Of a DNA stretch of 64,000 nucleotides, positions 48,242 to 60,640 are shown piece by piece. Position 1 is the stretch's first letter; every line of letters begins with the position of its first letter. The notes beneath the pieces are model-generated. The model was given only the letters and a program-made list of their open reading frames with translations. It made no database searches and was not told the DNA's origin. The position numbers were made by a program, and so were the translations under genes. Origin of the DNA: Chara braunii (taxonomy: Eukaryota; Plantae; Charophyceae); contig BFEA01000020.1 in NCBI GenBank assembly GCA_003427395.1, positions 5,482,410 through 5,546,409 on the forward strand, given 5' to 3'.

Positions 48242-51200
48242 ATGATGCCACCCTCCCGCCCTCCTCCCTCCTCACAGACTGAGGGAGGGAATAAAAACGA
48301 AACACAGATTCCCTCCACCACACAGGGAAAACATCGGGACGCTACCGCAAGCGCCACCCGCCATCACCCCTCATCGCACCATACAATGCTGGGGGAGAAA
48401 AGCGCGAAGGGGAAGAGCGCAGACGACGACAACACAAGGGGGCAGGATAAGGCAAGTGGCAAACACGATCTGACGACGCAGTCAACTGTGCACAAAGGCA
48501 AAGCGGGTGAAATCGCTGAAATGGCCATGATGCCACCCCCCCGCCCTCCTCCCTCCTTACAGGTTGAGGGAGAGAATAAACACGAAGCACAGATCCCCTC
48601 CACCACACAGGGAAAACATAGGGACGCTACCGCAAGCACCGCCCGCCATCACCCCTCATCGCACCATACAATGCTGGGGGAGAAAAGCGTGAAGGGGAAG
48701 AGCGCAGATGACGACAACACAAGGGGGCAAGATAAGGCAAGTGGCAAGCACGATCTGACGACGCAGTCAACTGTGCAGAATGGCAAAGCGGAGGAAGGTC
48801 AGTATCGTAAAGTCCCTCCGCACAACAGTGCGGACCAGAGGGGCCACACAATGCAACCCTCCCGGAGCACAACATGGGCGGCGGTGGTCAAGGGAGGACC
48901 AAACAGAGATCCAAGTGGTAGCCAGGGCGCCCCCCCGCACAATGGTGCTGACCACAGGGACCACACGGTGCAACCCTCCAGAAGCAGAACATGGGCGGCG
49001 GTGATTAAGGAAGGACTGAACACGGATCCGTGCGGAAGCATCCCAGCACAACCAGGGGGCACCTCTCTCAACTCTGCGCTCATATCTGACACCAATCCCC
49101 CCTTGGGGCTGGATTCAATGCATCCGCTCAGATTCCACTTCGTCCAGAAACTGCACAGGAAAGCGGCAAGGAAAGTCCAAATAAGAAACAATACATTGTG
49201 CCCCGTTTCAATCATCTCCCCTCAAGCTCTGGCTGTGAGGAACCAGGTGTATGATGAGCACGCCGTCCAGTTCATCTTCCCGCAGGTTGCGCTGGCCGCC
49301 CTCCTCAACGACAGACTCAAATGGGTCTTCTGAATCCCCCGCTCCCAAAAGATGTCAGCAGCAGATGCAGCAGACCACTTTCTGGTGGAGTCCTCGGGGG
49401 TTTCCACGGTTACTGTTTCGAATCCTATTGACAAAAAAAACCTCCTTCGCCTGCGCAACCCGACTTTCAAGGGAGCGCAGGTGCGGATCCAACAATGGAG
49501 ACCGGACAAGCCGCTCTCTCCGGACGAGAGACGACTTCAGCTCATGGCAAATCACTACTGGGTGGAGTTTAGCTTTGCACCGGTCCACATTCAGGGAGAG
49601 ATCCTTAAACTGATAGAACAAATTGCGCCTATCAAAGGATTCATAAATGGTCTCCCCCACTTTCTGGCGAAGAGAGATGACACCCTGCTGATTGCAGTCG
49701 ATTGGCACCCGGAGGAAAAATTCCCCCTTGTGGATGAATGGCACTATCATGCTGAAGGGAAGATGTACATAGTCCCCCTCAGTCACCCTCAGAACCCTTG
49801 GTGCCACGTTTGCAAATGTAGAGGACACCTCTACACTGACGATCTCTGCCCGGCCAACCACAGGAACCTTCCAAGAGGATTGGTCACCCAACACCCCTCG
49901 GAAGACTGTACTTGGCTCCCGGATGACAAGCTGCTCAAAGGATGGATATTTAAGACAGACTCCGGGAAAATAACAGGCAAATGGGAGTGGGAGGGAGAAA
50001 GCCCTCCTCAACACTGTCCGGAAGGATGGAAACACCCGTCGCAAGAGCGCCCCCCTGCGAAGGACCCCATCCGGAACCGTCAACAGAAGCATAACTCGCC
50101 CACGCCCACCATTACACCGGGAAATACTTCAAAAACACAGGGCGGTCAAACACCTGTGCCAGGTCATAACCATACATGTATTGGGACGACGGGAGAGCTG
50201 CCTAAACACAGACCTGACCCGACTGGAGCACTGATCGACAGACCTGCAGTGAAGGTGCACCCCGCCCTGTCGAAAGAAGCAGATCCCCTCATGGCTGCCA
50301 ACAGAATCCGATCCGAGGAACACCGATCTCAACACCCAAATGGGGGACAAGACCGTGGAAAGAACCTGACAGTAGAGAGAACAAAGGAAGTCATCCTCAT
50401 TGAGGATAATGACACAGACGAGGAAGGCCCCCCTTTGCTTCCCCGTCGGAGGACCGCTGGTCCGACAACAGCTGCTCAACAAACACGAACATCTGCCCAG
50501 GGTCGAAATATGTCCCCCTTACAAATTACACTCTCCCAAAATCTTTCTGAAGGATACCCGGGGCCTGCGAAGTGGAGACAGAAAAACAAAGATCTCCCAA
50601 AAACCCGTGGCGCCACAGCTAAACAAGGAAATCAACAGTTGGCCGACAAAACTGAGGGAGCGACGGGGATGCCTGGATCCACCCCTCTGCCAGAAGCAGA
50701 GGAGAGGGAGAAATCCAAGCCACACACTGTCGCAGTTGTCCCTCTGCAGATCGGAAGGGAGGGGGAGAACTCCAAGCCAATCGCAACCACACAAACTCCA
50801 CATGGTCATAGCCCTGAAAGCTATCCAGGAGCCATCAATGCTGCTGCGAAAAGTGATACTCCACACAGGCTAGGCCCAAAGAATCTTTCTGGGGTCATCA
50901 TTGTCGCTGCGGGGTCGAACAACAGGGAACCCTCCCCAGGAACGGTCCTATCGCTGGGGAGGGAGAACTCCAAGCCAAAACCAGCTACAACAACTCCACA
51001 CAACAACAACCCCGAGATCTGTTCTGGAGCTATCATTGCTGCAACGAAAATTGACACCCCACACAACCATGGCCCTGCAAACCATTCCGGAGTCAGTATT
51101 GGCCCCGAGGGGACGAACAACCAGGAGTCCTCCCCAGGAATCGACCAAGTACCTTCAGACACACGGCTCCTCATTCCCATAACCGACGCCCGGCAGCGTG

Positions 51201-53883
51201 ATCTGGACCCGGTTGTAAATATATCGCCAGACATACTGGTATACACACACGGCTCACACAAACCGGGAATGGATGACAAGCTTCCCTCGGACAGCACCGC
51301 CCAAATTCCCATCCACCCCTCTCCGCCTCGGATCCTTCAACCCCCTCCATCACCCGACAAGAAAGAAGAGCCCACGGGTCTAGAGAAGGTAAAAGTCAAA
51401 GTGAAAGGACTGGTGAAGGCAATGGCCCGGTATGGGAAGATAGAGAATGCATCTTCAAGAATCAGAGCCCTAATGCAGGGCGGGGAAAACACCGTGGAAG
51501 AAGATCAACAGAGGCTCGACCTGCAACCCTCACCTCTGAATCAGATCGCAGTGGGCCTCCCAACAAAGGGGATAACGGTGACGGACCAAAGAACACAGCT
51601 TCATCCGACCACGGTGTCACCCCCCTCCCTCCCTGCTCGAACAGGAGAAGTACCCAACCAAACCGGTGTCTCCCACTTCAAAGAGATTATCTCGGAGCTG
51701 ACTGGGGAGACAAAATTCCTCTTTCACGCTCCAAGGGGGCCTCCTTCTCAAAAGACACGAAGGAGTGCCCTCATACATGAGGAAATCGACGACCGGCAAG
51801 AAACGACAGAAGAAGCCTCCCCTAACAAACTAATGACTCAGCAGCAAATTACACAGGTGAGGGACGAAGAACTGAGTCCACTGACAAACTTAGACAACAG
51901 AACAGGGCTGGTTTCCTCTTGTGACCTCAAGGACCTTCCGATCACGGATGTATCGGTCACCATGGGGGAACAATACCTGCAACCCACAGGAGGGGAGATG
52001 ACGATGGCTCAACCAGGCCTAGCCACGGAAGATCCCCGACCCCAACCACTGCAGAGTGAACAATCCCAGGGGGATCAACATCAACCCTGGACCTCAACCA
52101 CCCCCTACTGGACCAGAGCGCCGTGGAAATGGAAACGGGGTCGCAACAAGTTGTGGACCACGAAAACCGCTCGTTCATTCCCCACAGTATGAAAGTGGAC
52201 ATTGTGCCCTCTGCTGATCCTGCCCCGTCACCTCCCGTGCTCCCTCAACACCAGGGCCCGCTGCTACAATGGGCAGCGCAAATCCAACAGTCAGTGGGAA
52301 TTTCCCCCCAGGGCTACGAGCTAACTGAGACAATGTCCCTGGCACAGCAACTATCTATGCAAGGGTACAGAATGTGGCAGGCACAGGTAAGGAAAACCTG
52401 TGCATGGCTCTACACAGGTCAATCCCTCCACGAGATCTTGGGTCTCAAAACCCAAATCCCCATGCCCTACCAACAGCCGGGGGGACAGCCACAGGCTGAA
52501 CTTCCATTAACACAAAGCAACCATGAGTCTGTCAGCCTATAGTTATCGGCCCCCATGGAGATTGCAACCATCCAAACGGAGCGTGTGCTGCTCATACAAG
52601 GGAATGAAGTGAAGTCCATTTACGAACAACGACACATGGAAGTGGAACCCCCCCCTGCCCATCCTCCTGAAGGGGACCGCCTCTCTCAGATAAAGAAAGT
52701 AAAACGCAGACTCAAGAAAATAGCGGACTGGGCTCTACAGGACTACTTGAAACACACTACGATCCAAATGGCTAAAACCCTCCCGGAACATTACCGGGTG
52801 ACTATAGCCAACTTGGTGGCTACCTGCCCTCCAATGGTTGAGATGGTGGATGCCTTCCCATCCCTGAACGAGATCGACTGGGCCCATATAGCCCACCTCA
52901 CCGAAGGAGTGGTGGACAAAGTCATCCGCAGCAGCCTCTTCAAAATAGGGCCGGAAGAGCCTGCTGCAGACGAAATAAACAACCATGAAAGGGGGGTAGG
53001 AGAAGACAAACCTGCTCCTGCCTCCCTCACAGTTGCCCCCCACCATCACCCTAGGAGGACCCCCTCGCCTCACCTCCTCTCCCTCATCCCCCCTTCCAAT
53101 ATTCGCTCAGACGAACAAGGCGCGATCGGACGGGCTTTGCAGGTCACCCACCCGGGACAGACAGGACAAGGACAGAACTACGCTGTAGCAATTGACCTCC
53201 TTTCATCCTCAGAGGAAGAGGAGGGGGGAGATAACTCGGAGGAGGAACAGGAGGAGGAGGAGCAGGAGGCGGAGCACGAGGCGGCGAACAACAAGCTTAT
53301 AAGCACCGACAAAACACCCAGGCTGTATGGCCACTCTGAGGGCGGACGAGAAACAAAAACTACCACAAGGGGCAAAATGAAAGACTGGTTAGACATACGA
53401 GAATACTGGGATCTCGCGAATTTGAGAGAAACAACTCTACTTATCATAGCCAGTCAAGACCAGCACACCAACCATCCGCGCATTGGTCTCCTAAAAATGG
53501 AACCACAATATCTTAAGCTGCCAACGGGTCTTTCTCTTCGAGGTTGGAGAAGAAATCTGGACTGTCAGCAGGTGGCTGCTCTCCTGCAACCGCTGCACGA
53601 CATGCGGGCCGAAGACATCGCAAAATGTCTCCTCGCTTTAAACACCCTCCCCTTCCCGCCACAGATACACGTCGTCCGTTGGTACATTACACCTCGACAA
53701 GCCCAAGCCAACAAAACCTTACAAGATCAGTTGGAATGGCTCACGGAGGAAGATTTGCAGCAGATGCCAATAACAAGGTTCAAAACCAGTCAGGTGTGGC
53801 TGGCATACCACATCCGACATATCATCGGGGTGATTCTCACACACGGGCTCATGTCTGTAATGTTGCAGGGACACGGTTACTAG
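48242..53883 (+). pseudogene. LINE ORF1 region (~5.6 kb; in-frame stops at 49331 and 52540, frameshift near 52100)
   Basis: ORFs 48242 and 49352 share a frame, as do 52123 and 52555. TWAAVVK motifs, knuckle PWCHVCKCRGHLYTDDLC, long low-complexity linker. Confidence 0.8.
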
Positions 53884-53919
53884 ACTGCTAAACATGGTTA
53901 GTTTCACAGACCGCCCTTC

Positions 53920-54383
53920 ATGGATTCCAGGTTGCCCACACAAGACAACCAACATCCTCAAATACTTGTCATGATAAACCAGGCCATAACCTCGACCCCA
54001 CCCTCACGCTCGCCCCCACCCCTTCCCCCTTCTCCCCCTCGTGCCCCACCGCTGCCAGCGTTTCACCCCAGACCCGTGCCCCCCCCCGTGCCGCTGGTAC
54101 CCCCCAGACTGAGGAAGCCCCCACAATGGGAAAAAGACCTGATGAAGGCCGACCTTGAGATCCGATCAATAAACGTGAATGGGTTAGCAACCACGACCAA
54201 TCAAAAACGAGCGGCAATCTGGAACATGATACGAACATCCGAACCCCACTATTGGCCAGACGCAATCTGTGTGCAGGAGACACACCTCATGGACACCTCT
54301 CCACACGCTGCGAAAGCAACAGAGGTGTGGCCTTACGCCGCCTTCAATGCATTCATGTCCAATTTTCATTCCGCAGGTGTCGC
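53920..54383 (+). pseudogene. LINE ORF2 endonuclease, N-terminal part
   Basis: ADLEIRSINVNGL, DAICVQETHL, SAGVA. Confidence 0.9.
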
Positions 54384-55438
54384 TGTCGAGCGCATCGGTC
54401 CGGCACCGCATCAGGGCAGCGCGAGACCCTCCCGGACGCATCACGCAGGAGTTGGTTTAGATCCTTCGTCGCGAATATACATGGAGCTTCCGCAAGCCGC
54501 TCCGGCCGAGTGCGCCAGCCATACCTCTTGCGAGCCCCTACGACAGGATAGGGCCTACGCGAGGCACGACTTACCTCCACGTTACGGGAGCTGTCACCTC
54601 CCTTCGGTGGGCGTATCCCCGCCGAGCTACCAGTCCACAGTACGAAAGTTAATCAGCTGCAATCGTAGAGGTGGTCCAGCCGAGGGCGTTTCTCGTTCGC
54701 TGTAGCATAGGGGGTACGCGCGGTAATACGTCTCTATCGGACCCGCACGCGAACCTCCATCTTGGGGGGCTGAAGTCCCAAGCGCGGCCTGTCGTCGGTC
54801 GACTAGGACGTATCCCACACACCACGCGCACACCACTTTATGAACACAAAAATAAAACACACACACACACACGAAACAACACTGCATAAACAACGCGACA
54901 ACGCTCCTAGCCCCTCAGTAGCCAACCCATAACGTTCCGGTGCGGGAAACAAATAAGCGTCGTGCGCGAGACTTAGTATAAAACCGCGTGGACGCAGGGC
55001 CTACTCATATCGACTCGCAATGCAGGCGTACGCAAGCAGTCGCAATGATGGCGTACTATGTAGTGTCCATAATCAAGCGGTCCCTCGTGGATTCGAGTAC
55101 TGCTTATGACACTCAAGTGTCAGACTCGAAGTGTCGTGAGGGTGTAATCCTTCACGACATTGCACGGCTGAAGGAATAGCCGTGTAGCCGCCGCGAGACC
55201 TCCGGCCTTTGGTCTGAGCGTCTCGGTAGGCAAGGCAAATAGACTCCGCACGAGGGATGTCCTGGACAAGGACCTCGAATCCCGGCACAGGACCAACGTC
55301 CGACTAAGAAAATTATCAAGAAGAACAAGCAAAAATAAAACGAGGAGGATATCCCTAGGCCTCTTAGTCTTACCTTCTGAGTATCCTCTTTTGTACGGGG
55401 CCCCTTAACCCATGCAGGCATTCACCCTATGTACACCC

Positions 55439-55441
<3 letters not shown>

Positions 55442-55513
<72 letters not shown>
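55442..55513. repeat. (TA)n microsatellite
   Basis: Direct. Confidence 0.98.
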
Positions 55514-55517
<4 letters not shown>

Positions 55518-56104
55518 AAGGGGGAAGTATGTGACGATCACTTCTCATAGTCTCATTGGGGTCCCTCACAGCCATACGTATATATGTGATCGCAGACAAC
55601 CACATCCAGAATCTGATTCATAGCACATACCTGCAAATCACATCAACGAGTCAAATCAACAGCCCACGCACTACACGGAGTCAACCCCAACTATCTTCAA
55701 CACTCATACCCCTCACTTTAGCCATGCAAGCCCCAACTTCCTGTCCAACCAACCTTAATTAAATACTCAGTACCTTTGTTAAATGACCATTCAATAAAAG
55801 TTCGGGTGAAACCATAACGAAATAATGAAATCACCAGGGCTAAAGCCTTTTAGGTTGAGTGTGGAGGGTAAACTGGAATTGAGTCGTAAACCGACGAATC
55901 GACAACCGACCTGTTATCAGTGATAACAGATAATGATCCTCAAGGGATCAAGCTGAATCTAATCCTGACCTTGAATCAGACAACCTAAAGGACCTGTAAC
56001 ACAAGATAGGTCAAATGCCCATGCTAAATCATCATCATATGGGGGATAAACCTCCATAGCACACCTCCTTATAATACTCTTTAGCGCCACCTGTCGAAAA
56101 TAAA

Positions 56105-56660
56105 CTAACTCCTCTGAAAACAGGGAAATTTCGGCAGCGCTTCCCGTAGGAAAAGTGCCCTCTCAGAATTTATATAAGCCCAAAATATGAAATCAGAAAT
56201 AGCCCTTGACTTTCCAAAGTTCAATTTTGTCTAACTCCTTGAATTAGCAAACTTTTGGGCAGCACTTTCTTTAGAAAAGGAGGCTTCCCATAATTTTACT
56301 AAGCCATATATGAAATCTAGACAAATTGAACTTTGAGAAGTCAGAAATTTGATCAACTCCCTGAATTAGTAAGAATTTGGGCAGCACCCCTTTTAGAAAA
56401 GGAGACTTTCCAAATTTTTACTAAGCCAGATATAATGAAAAGACAAGTCAAGCTTTGACAAGCCAAACTTTTGATTAACTCCCTGAATTAACAAAAATTT
56501 GGACAGCACTCCCTTTAGAAAGGGAGACTTCCCATATTTTTACTAAGTCAGAAAGACAAGTCAAGTTTGGACAAGGCAAAATTTGACTAACTCTTTGGAT
56601 TTGTAGAAATTTCGGCAGCGCTTCCCGTAAAGAAAGTGTCCTGCCAAGATTTATACAAAG
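56105..56660. repeat. Five diverged ~120-bp tandem repeats
   Basis: Units start near 56105, 56231, 56353, 56475 and 56587, each with AACTCC..GAA...AATTTYGGCAGCRCT...TAGAAAAG. Confidence 0.8.
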
Positions 56661-56939
56661 CCAAGCATAAGGAAAAATCCCAGAAAATGCGAGAAAAAAA
56701 ACTTAGCTCAGAAAATGCAGGAATTGAAACTAACTCCTATGGCTCTAGCACGTGGCGAGCGACTAAAACAACTACCTATCAAACTGAAACTCAGACTAAG
56801 TAGTAGTCTCACTTAGTCACATGCAGGCCAAACCACAAAGGTAAGTACTCTCACCATCCCAAAGTCAATCTGAACAAACAATAGTTCATGATCTCTCAAT
56901 GATTTAACCCTTTATACCCGGCTTACATAAGGCATAGGT

Positions 56940-57890
56940 CAGGTTGTCTGAACTTACAGAACAACTCAACCTAGCCAGGCCTAGAGTCAGAATACCTAAA
57001 CTTATAAAGCGTTATGAATAGGCCAAATATACACGAACAGAGGGCATAACTACTTTTCTCTTCTTTGGGCACATGACTAGACCACTCTAGTCCCCCTGAA
57101 CTGTTTAACATATCCAAGGTATATATACTTATATTTACCTTCGTCTTCTAAGGCTGCATATGACTGAGCTAACTTAAGTTCAGCCTGCCCCAGTTTACCA
57201 TCAATTTTATTATTAATTGTATTCGCTTCACGTTGTGATACGGCTATAGTCAGACCACCTAAACTTATAGAACAGTCTGATTAGCTCGTTCTTAAATAAA
57301 GTAATAATAAAGTATAGCCACATTATAACCTTTGGGTTCCAGCATGTGCGAGGCTTTGAGCCAGACCCTCTGAACTTACAGAAGGGTCAAACTCTCCGCC
57401 AGATTCGTTTCTATCTGAACCAATATATGTGTGGCATCGAGTCAAACCCCTTGAACTTACAGAAGGTTCTGCCTCTTTGCCAAGATTAATTCTTCAGAAT
57501 AAAGAGCAGGAAGAGACCGAGCTGTTCAGACTGAGCCACCTGAACTTACAGAACAGCTCAGTCTCCTCGTTCAGAAACCAAGAAACAAGTAAAAACCCAA
57601 TGAAAATAAAGCAACCCAAAACACCAAAACTTATTGAGCGCCCTGAGTCCCTGAAAATCAAGAACAATCAAACCCCTCACAGGTCAGAGCAGTCATGCCA
57701 CCTGAACTTACAGAACAGCCTGACCCTCCATACAAACCATAGCACCGGGTCTCCCTAAACTTATGGGGACATCCCAGCCTTCAGAGTAATCAGACCTCCT
57801 AAACTTATAGAAGGGTCTGACTTCTCCATGCATAACCAAAATAAAACAGAGCGTTGGGGTTCCCCAAACTTATGGGGACTCCCCAACCTC
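56940..57890 (+). repeat. Array of hairpins with invariant AACTTA loop
   Basis: AACTTA at 56951, 56999, 57171, 57262, 57373, 57454, 57543, 57628, 57705, 57758, 57802 and 57867, each closed by complementary flanks (weak at 56999). Confidence 0.8.
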
Positions 57891-60556
57891 AATGACCCGG
57901 TCAATCATCACACAAAACAAAACCCATCCTGCCTTTTTCCCAGATGCAGTTCCTTCTAACAGTCTGAGTTCACACAGTCAACAAAAACGGAAACTGAAAC
58001 TTCACAACATTCCTTTATTTAGCCTGATTTAGTGTCCTGAAAGTCAAACCAAAAGCAAAGTAAGGTTGCACACCATATATTCAGCCAGAGATGCATTAGG
58101 TAGTCCAAGTAGGGGTTATATCTCAGGTGTATAGCGGGAAAAGAGAATGGTTACCTGTCAGTTCCCTGCCTCCAAAGCCTCGCTAGGCTCCGACCGAGCT
58201 CCCGCAATCGGTGGGTTGACTCCCCACAGAGTCTTGATGCGGTCCTACGGGTTGCAATCCCGCCTGCCACCTTCCCCTCAGAACAAGACCAGACTTAGAA
58301 TGAGAAAGGTAGAAAAAGAAGGTTTTGAGACTCTTAGATACCAGAGGGGTGTTCTCAAGCTCACTGGAGAGGGCCTTGTTCCCTTGACTCGCCTGAGGGC
58401 CCCGCAATGGCGGCCAATGTGATAACTTGGTCAACTCTCTGAAGTCAAAAACGTCAAGAGTCACTCTCTGTCGACCTCTCAGACTGCAACACTACCCTCT
58501 TTTGTCCAACCCCTCGCCGCCCCGCAACCTGTAACAACCGGCCACCTCTTATGGTAGCATGCAGGACTATCGGTAGGCAGCGGCAGCACCCGGCAATGGC
58601 CAACAACAACAGTCGTAGTCGCTTGCCACAGCAGTCCTCAGCAGCAGTCTATTGACAGCGATCAACTAGCACCAGCAGTAGTCGCTCGTCTTCACAACAC
58701 AATCCACAGAAAGCCCCTCACTTTCACCTGCTAGCAGCAGACAGCCGCCCGTAACGGCTGTCAGCAGCAATTAGTCTGAGCGCAGTCCGTCGTAACTTGT
58801 AACATGTGCCTAGCCAAACTGTAGCCGCAGCTGTACGCGGCGAAGGTCATCAGCAACAACGAACAACCTGCAGCGATTTTTCTGTCGGCACTTAGCCCGC
58901 AAGCACAGCATCCGTACACTGCGAAAAGCAGTGCCCAGTATCATAAGACGGTAGGATTACGTGTCCAACGGCCGCCCTTGCAACAGACACTGCGGTATGG
59001 AGCAACAGTAGTAACAGCGGTCCTCTGTCGCATCTATGTAGTCTTACTGCAGTCGCAGCAGCAACAACCGTTCAAACCCCAGCCAACGAGCATAGCCACA
59101 TCATGCAGGTGTTACCTCCTTCCCCGTGGATTTTTCCTCCACCAATCTTTGGCTCCACCTGGCGTTCGTGTCGCCACCACAAGCTCCACAGTCTCGATGG
59201 CCACGTCGAGGGGCACTGCCAGTATAGCCGGTACCGTAATCCGTTCGCCCTTGGTCCCTTACACAGCCAAATTCAACCGAAGGCTGGCGCAGGGGCTAAC
59301 TCGCAGAAATGGAGGGTGACGGGCAGGCTGTATCTTACGGACCAAACTGGATAGTTGGGGTGGCTACTACTGCAGACATTTACTCAACAACTCACCTTTT
59401 CGGGGTGAATGTACCCGCCTGCCAAATACAGCCCGGTTCATTTCCCAAAACTCAACTCAGTCAGGCGCAGCCCTGGCCCGGCGCACCACCCTTCTCTTCT
59501 ATCAATAAACCCACTAACTTTCTACTAGTTCTAACAACAGATCTGGATTCGCCTCCCCTAAAAACACAAATCTACTACCTTCATTCACTCGATGGAATCG
59601 AGAGTCGAGTGAACCCCTGATTTTTCATTCCTTATCCTCTCTTCCCCACCATAGCCTCCGCGCACACCGTTTCTACCATATCTCCTATCTTACAAACTTT
59701 CTCTTAAAACTAACATCATGATCAGACTCGCCAACCCCCAAAACCTCTATCCGAATTCTTACTTCGCTCGATTCAGTCAAGAATCGAGCGTGCTACGCAT
59801 CTTCCCGTCCGCCTTGCTCCGTTTCTACCCGACGACCTGCGCATGAATCCGGACGCGAATAGCGTCCGTGTGCATTCGGCTCTGCGGCTCGTCCCCCCTC
59901 CTCTCGGCCCAACAGTGCAGCGCCCACTTCAGTCGCTCTCTCCTCAGCATCCTGTCGCTCGGTGGCGCAGTCGCCGCGCCATCTTCAACTCAGTTGCCCA
60001 TGCATCCGGCGCGGTCCCCCGTCCTGGTTCGTCCCTCCTTCACTATTGCCAGTCTCCCCGACCGACACTAACTCCTACGACTGTGCCATCACCCGCGTTC
60101 ACTACCATCCGCTACCGCCCGCACTGCTATCCGCCTGCCCCCGCTGCGCTCATCCCCACTCTATGCCTGCACGAACCTGGCACCGGCTTGCGCCCACGTT
60201 CAACCCCTCCGTTTGGCTACCCCGGCGCCTTTTCCTTTCCTCGTTACGCAGGTTAGCGCAGCCTGCTGACTCGTAGCTCCTACGACCGAGCGGCATGCTA
60301 GCACAGCGATCCCCGACTATCCTACGCAAAACTACGGGAGGTACTCATTACCAACTGGCGCGACTGATGTGCCATTCACATACGCAAACCCGACGGCCGG
60401 ACGCACGCCGCTATAACCCCGGCCAATGCCCAGCCATCTCGATCCCCGGATGTATCCGGTGCGAATCCGCGCCCGGTTCACTTTTCTTCGGCCACCCGCC
60501 CGCCGTAGCTCTCTCCTGGCTCGACACTTCTAGCACAGCGGCCCTGCCCGACGACG

Positions 60557-60640
60557 CTGAGGGAAACTTCGGGGGGAAACAACTACTAGACGGTTCGATT
60601 AGTCTTTCGCCGCTATACCCAAGTCCGACGACGATTGCAT
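60557..60640 (-). rRNA. Short degenerate fragment of cytosolic LSU (25S/28S) rRNA; not a gene
   Basis: CTGAGGGAAACTTCGG..GGAA.CA.CTACTAGACGGTTCGATTAGTCTTTCGCC.CTATACCCAAGTC.GACGA is the reverse complement of a conserved LSU segment. Confidence 0.85.

Larger units (their letters stand above)
55530..58536. mobile_element. Possible nested LTR-like segment
   Basis: PPT-like AAAGGGGGAAGTA (55517-55529), then TGTGAC ... GTAACA. Composition shift and internal tandem repeats. No TSD found. Confidence 0.3.
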
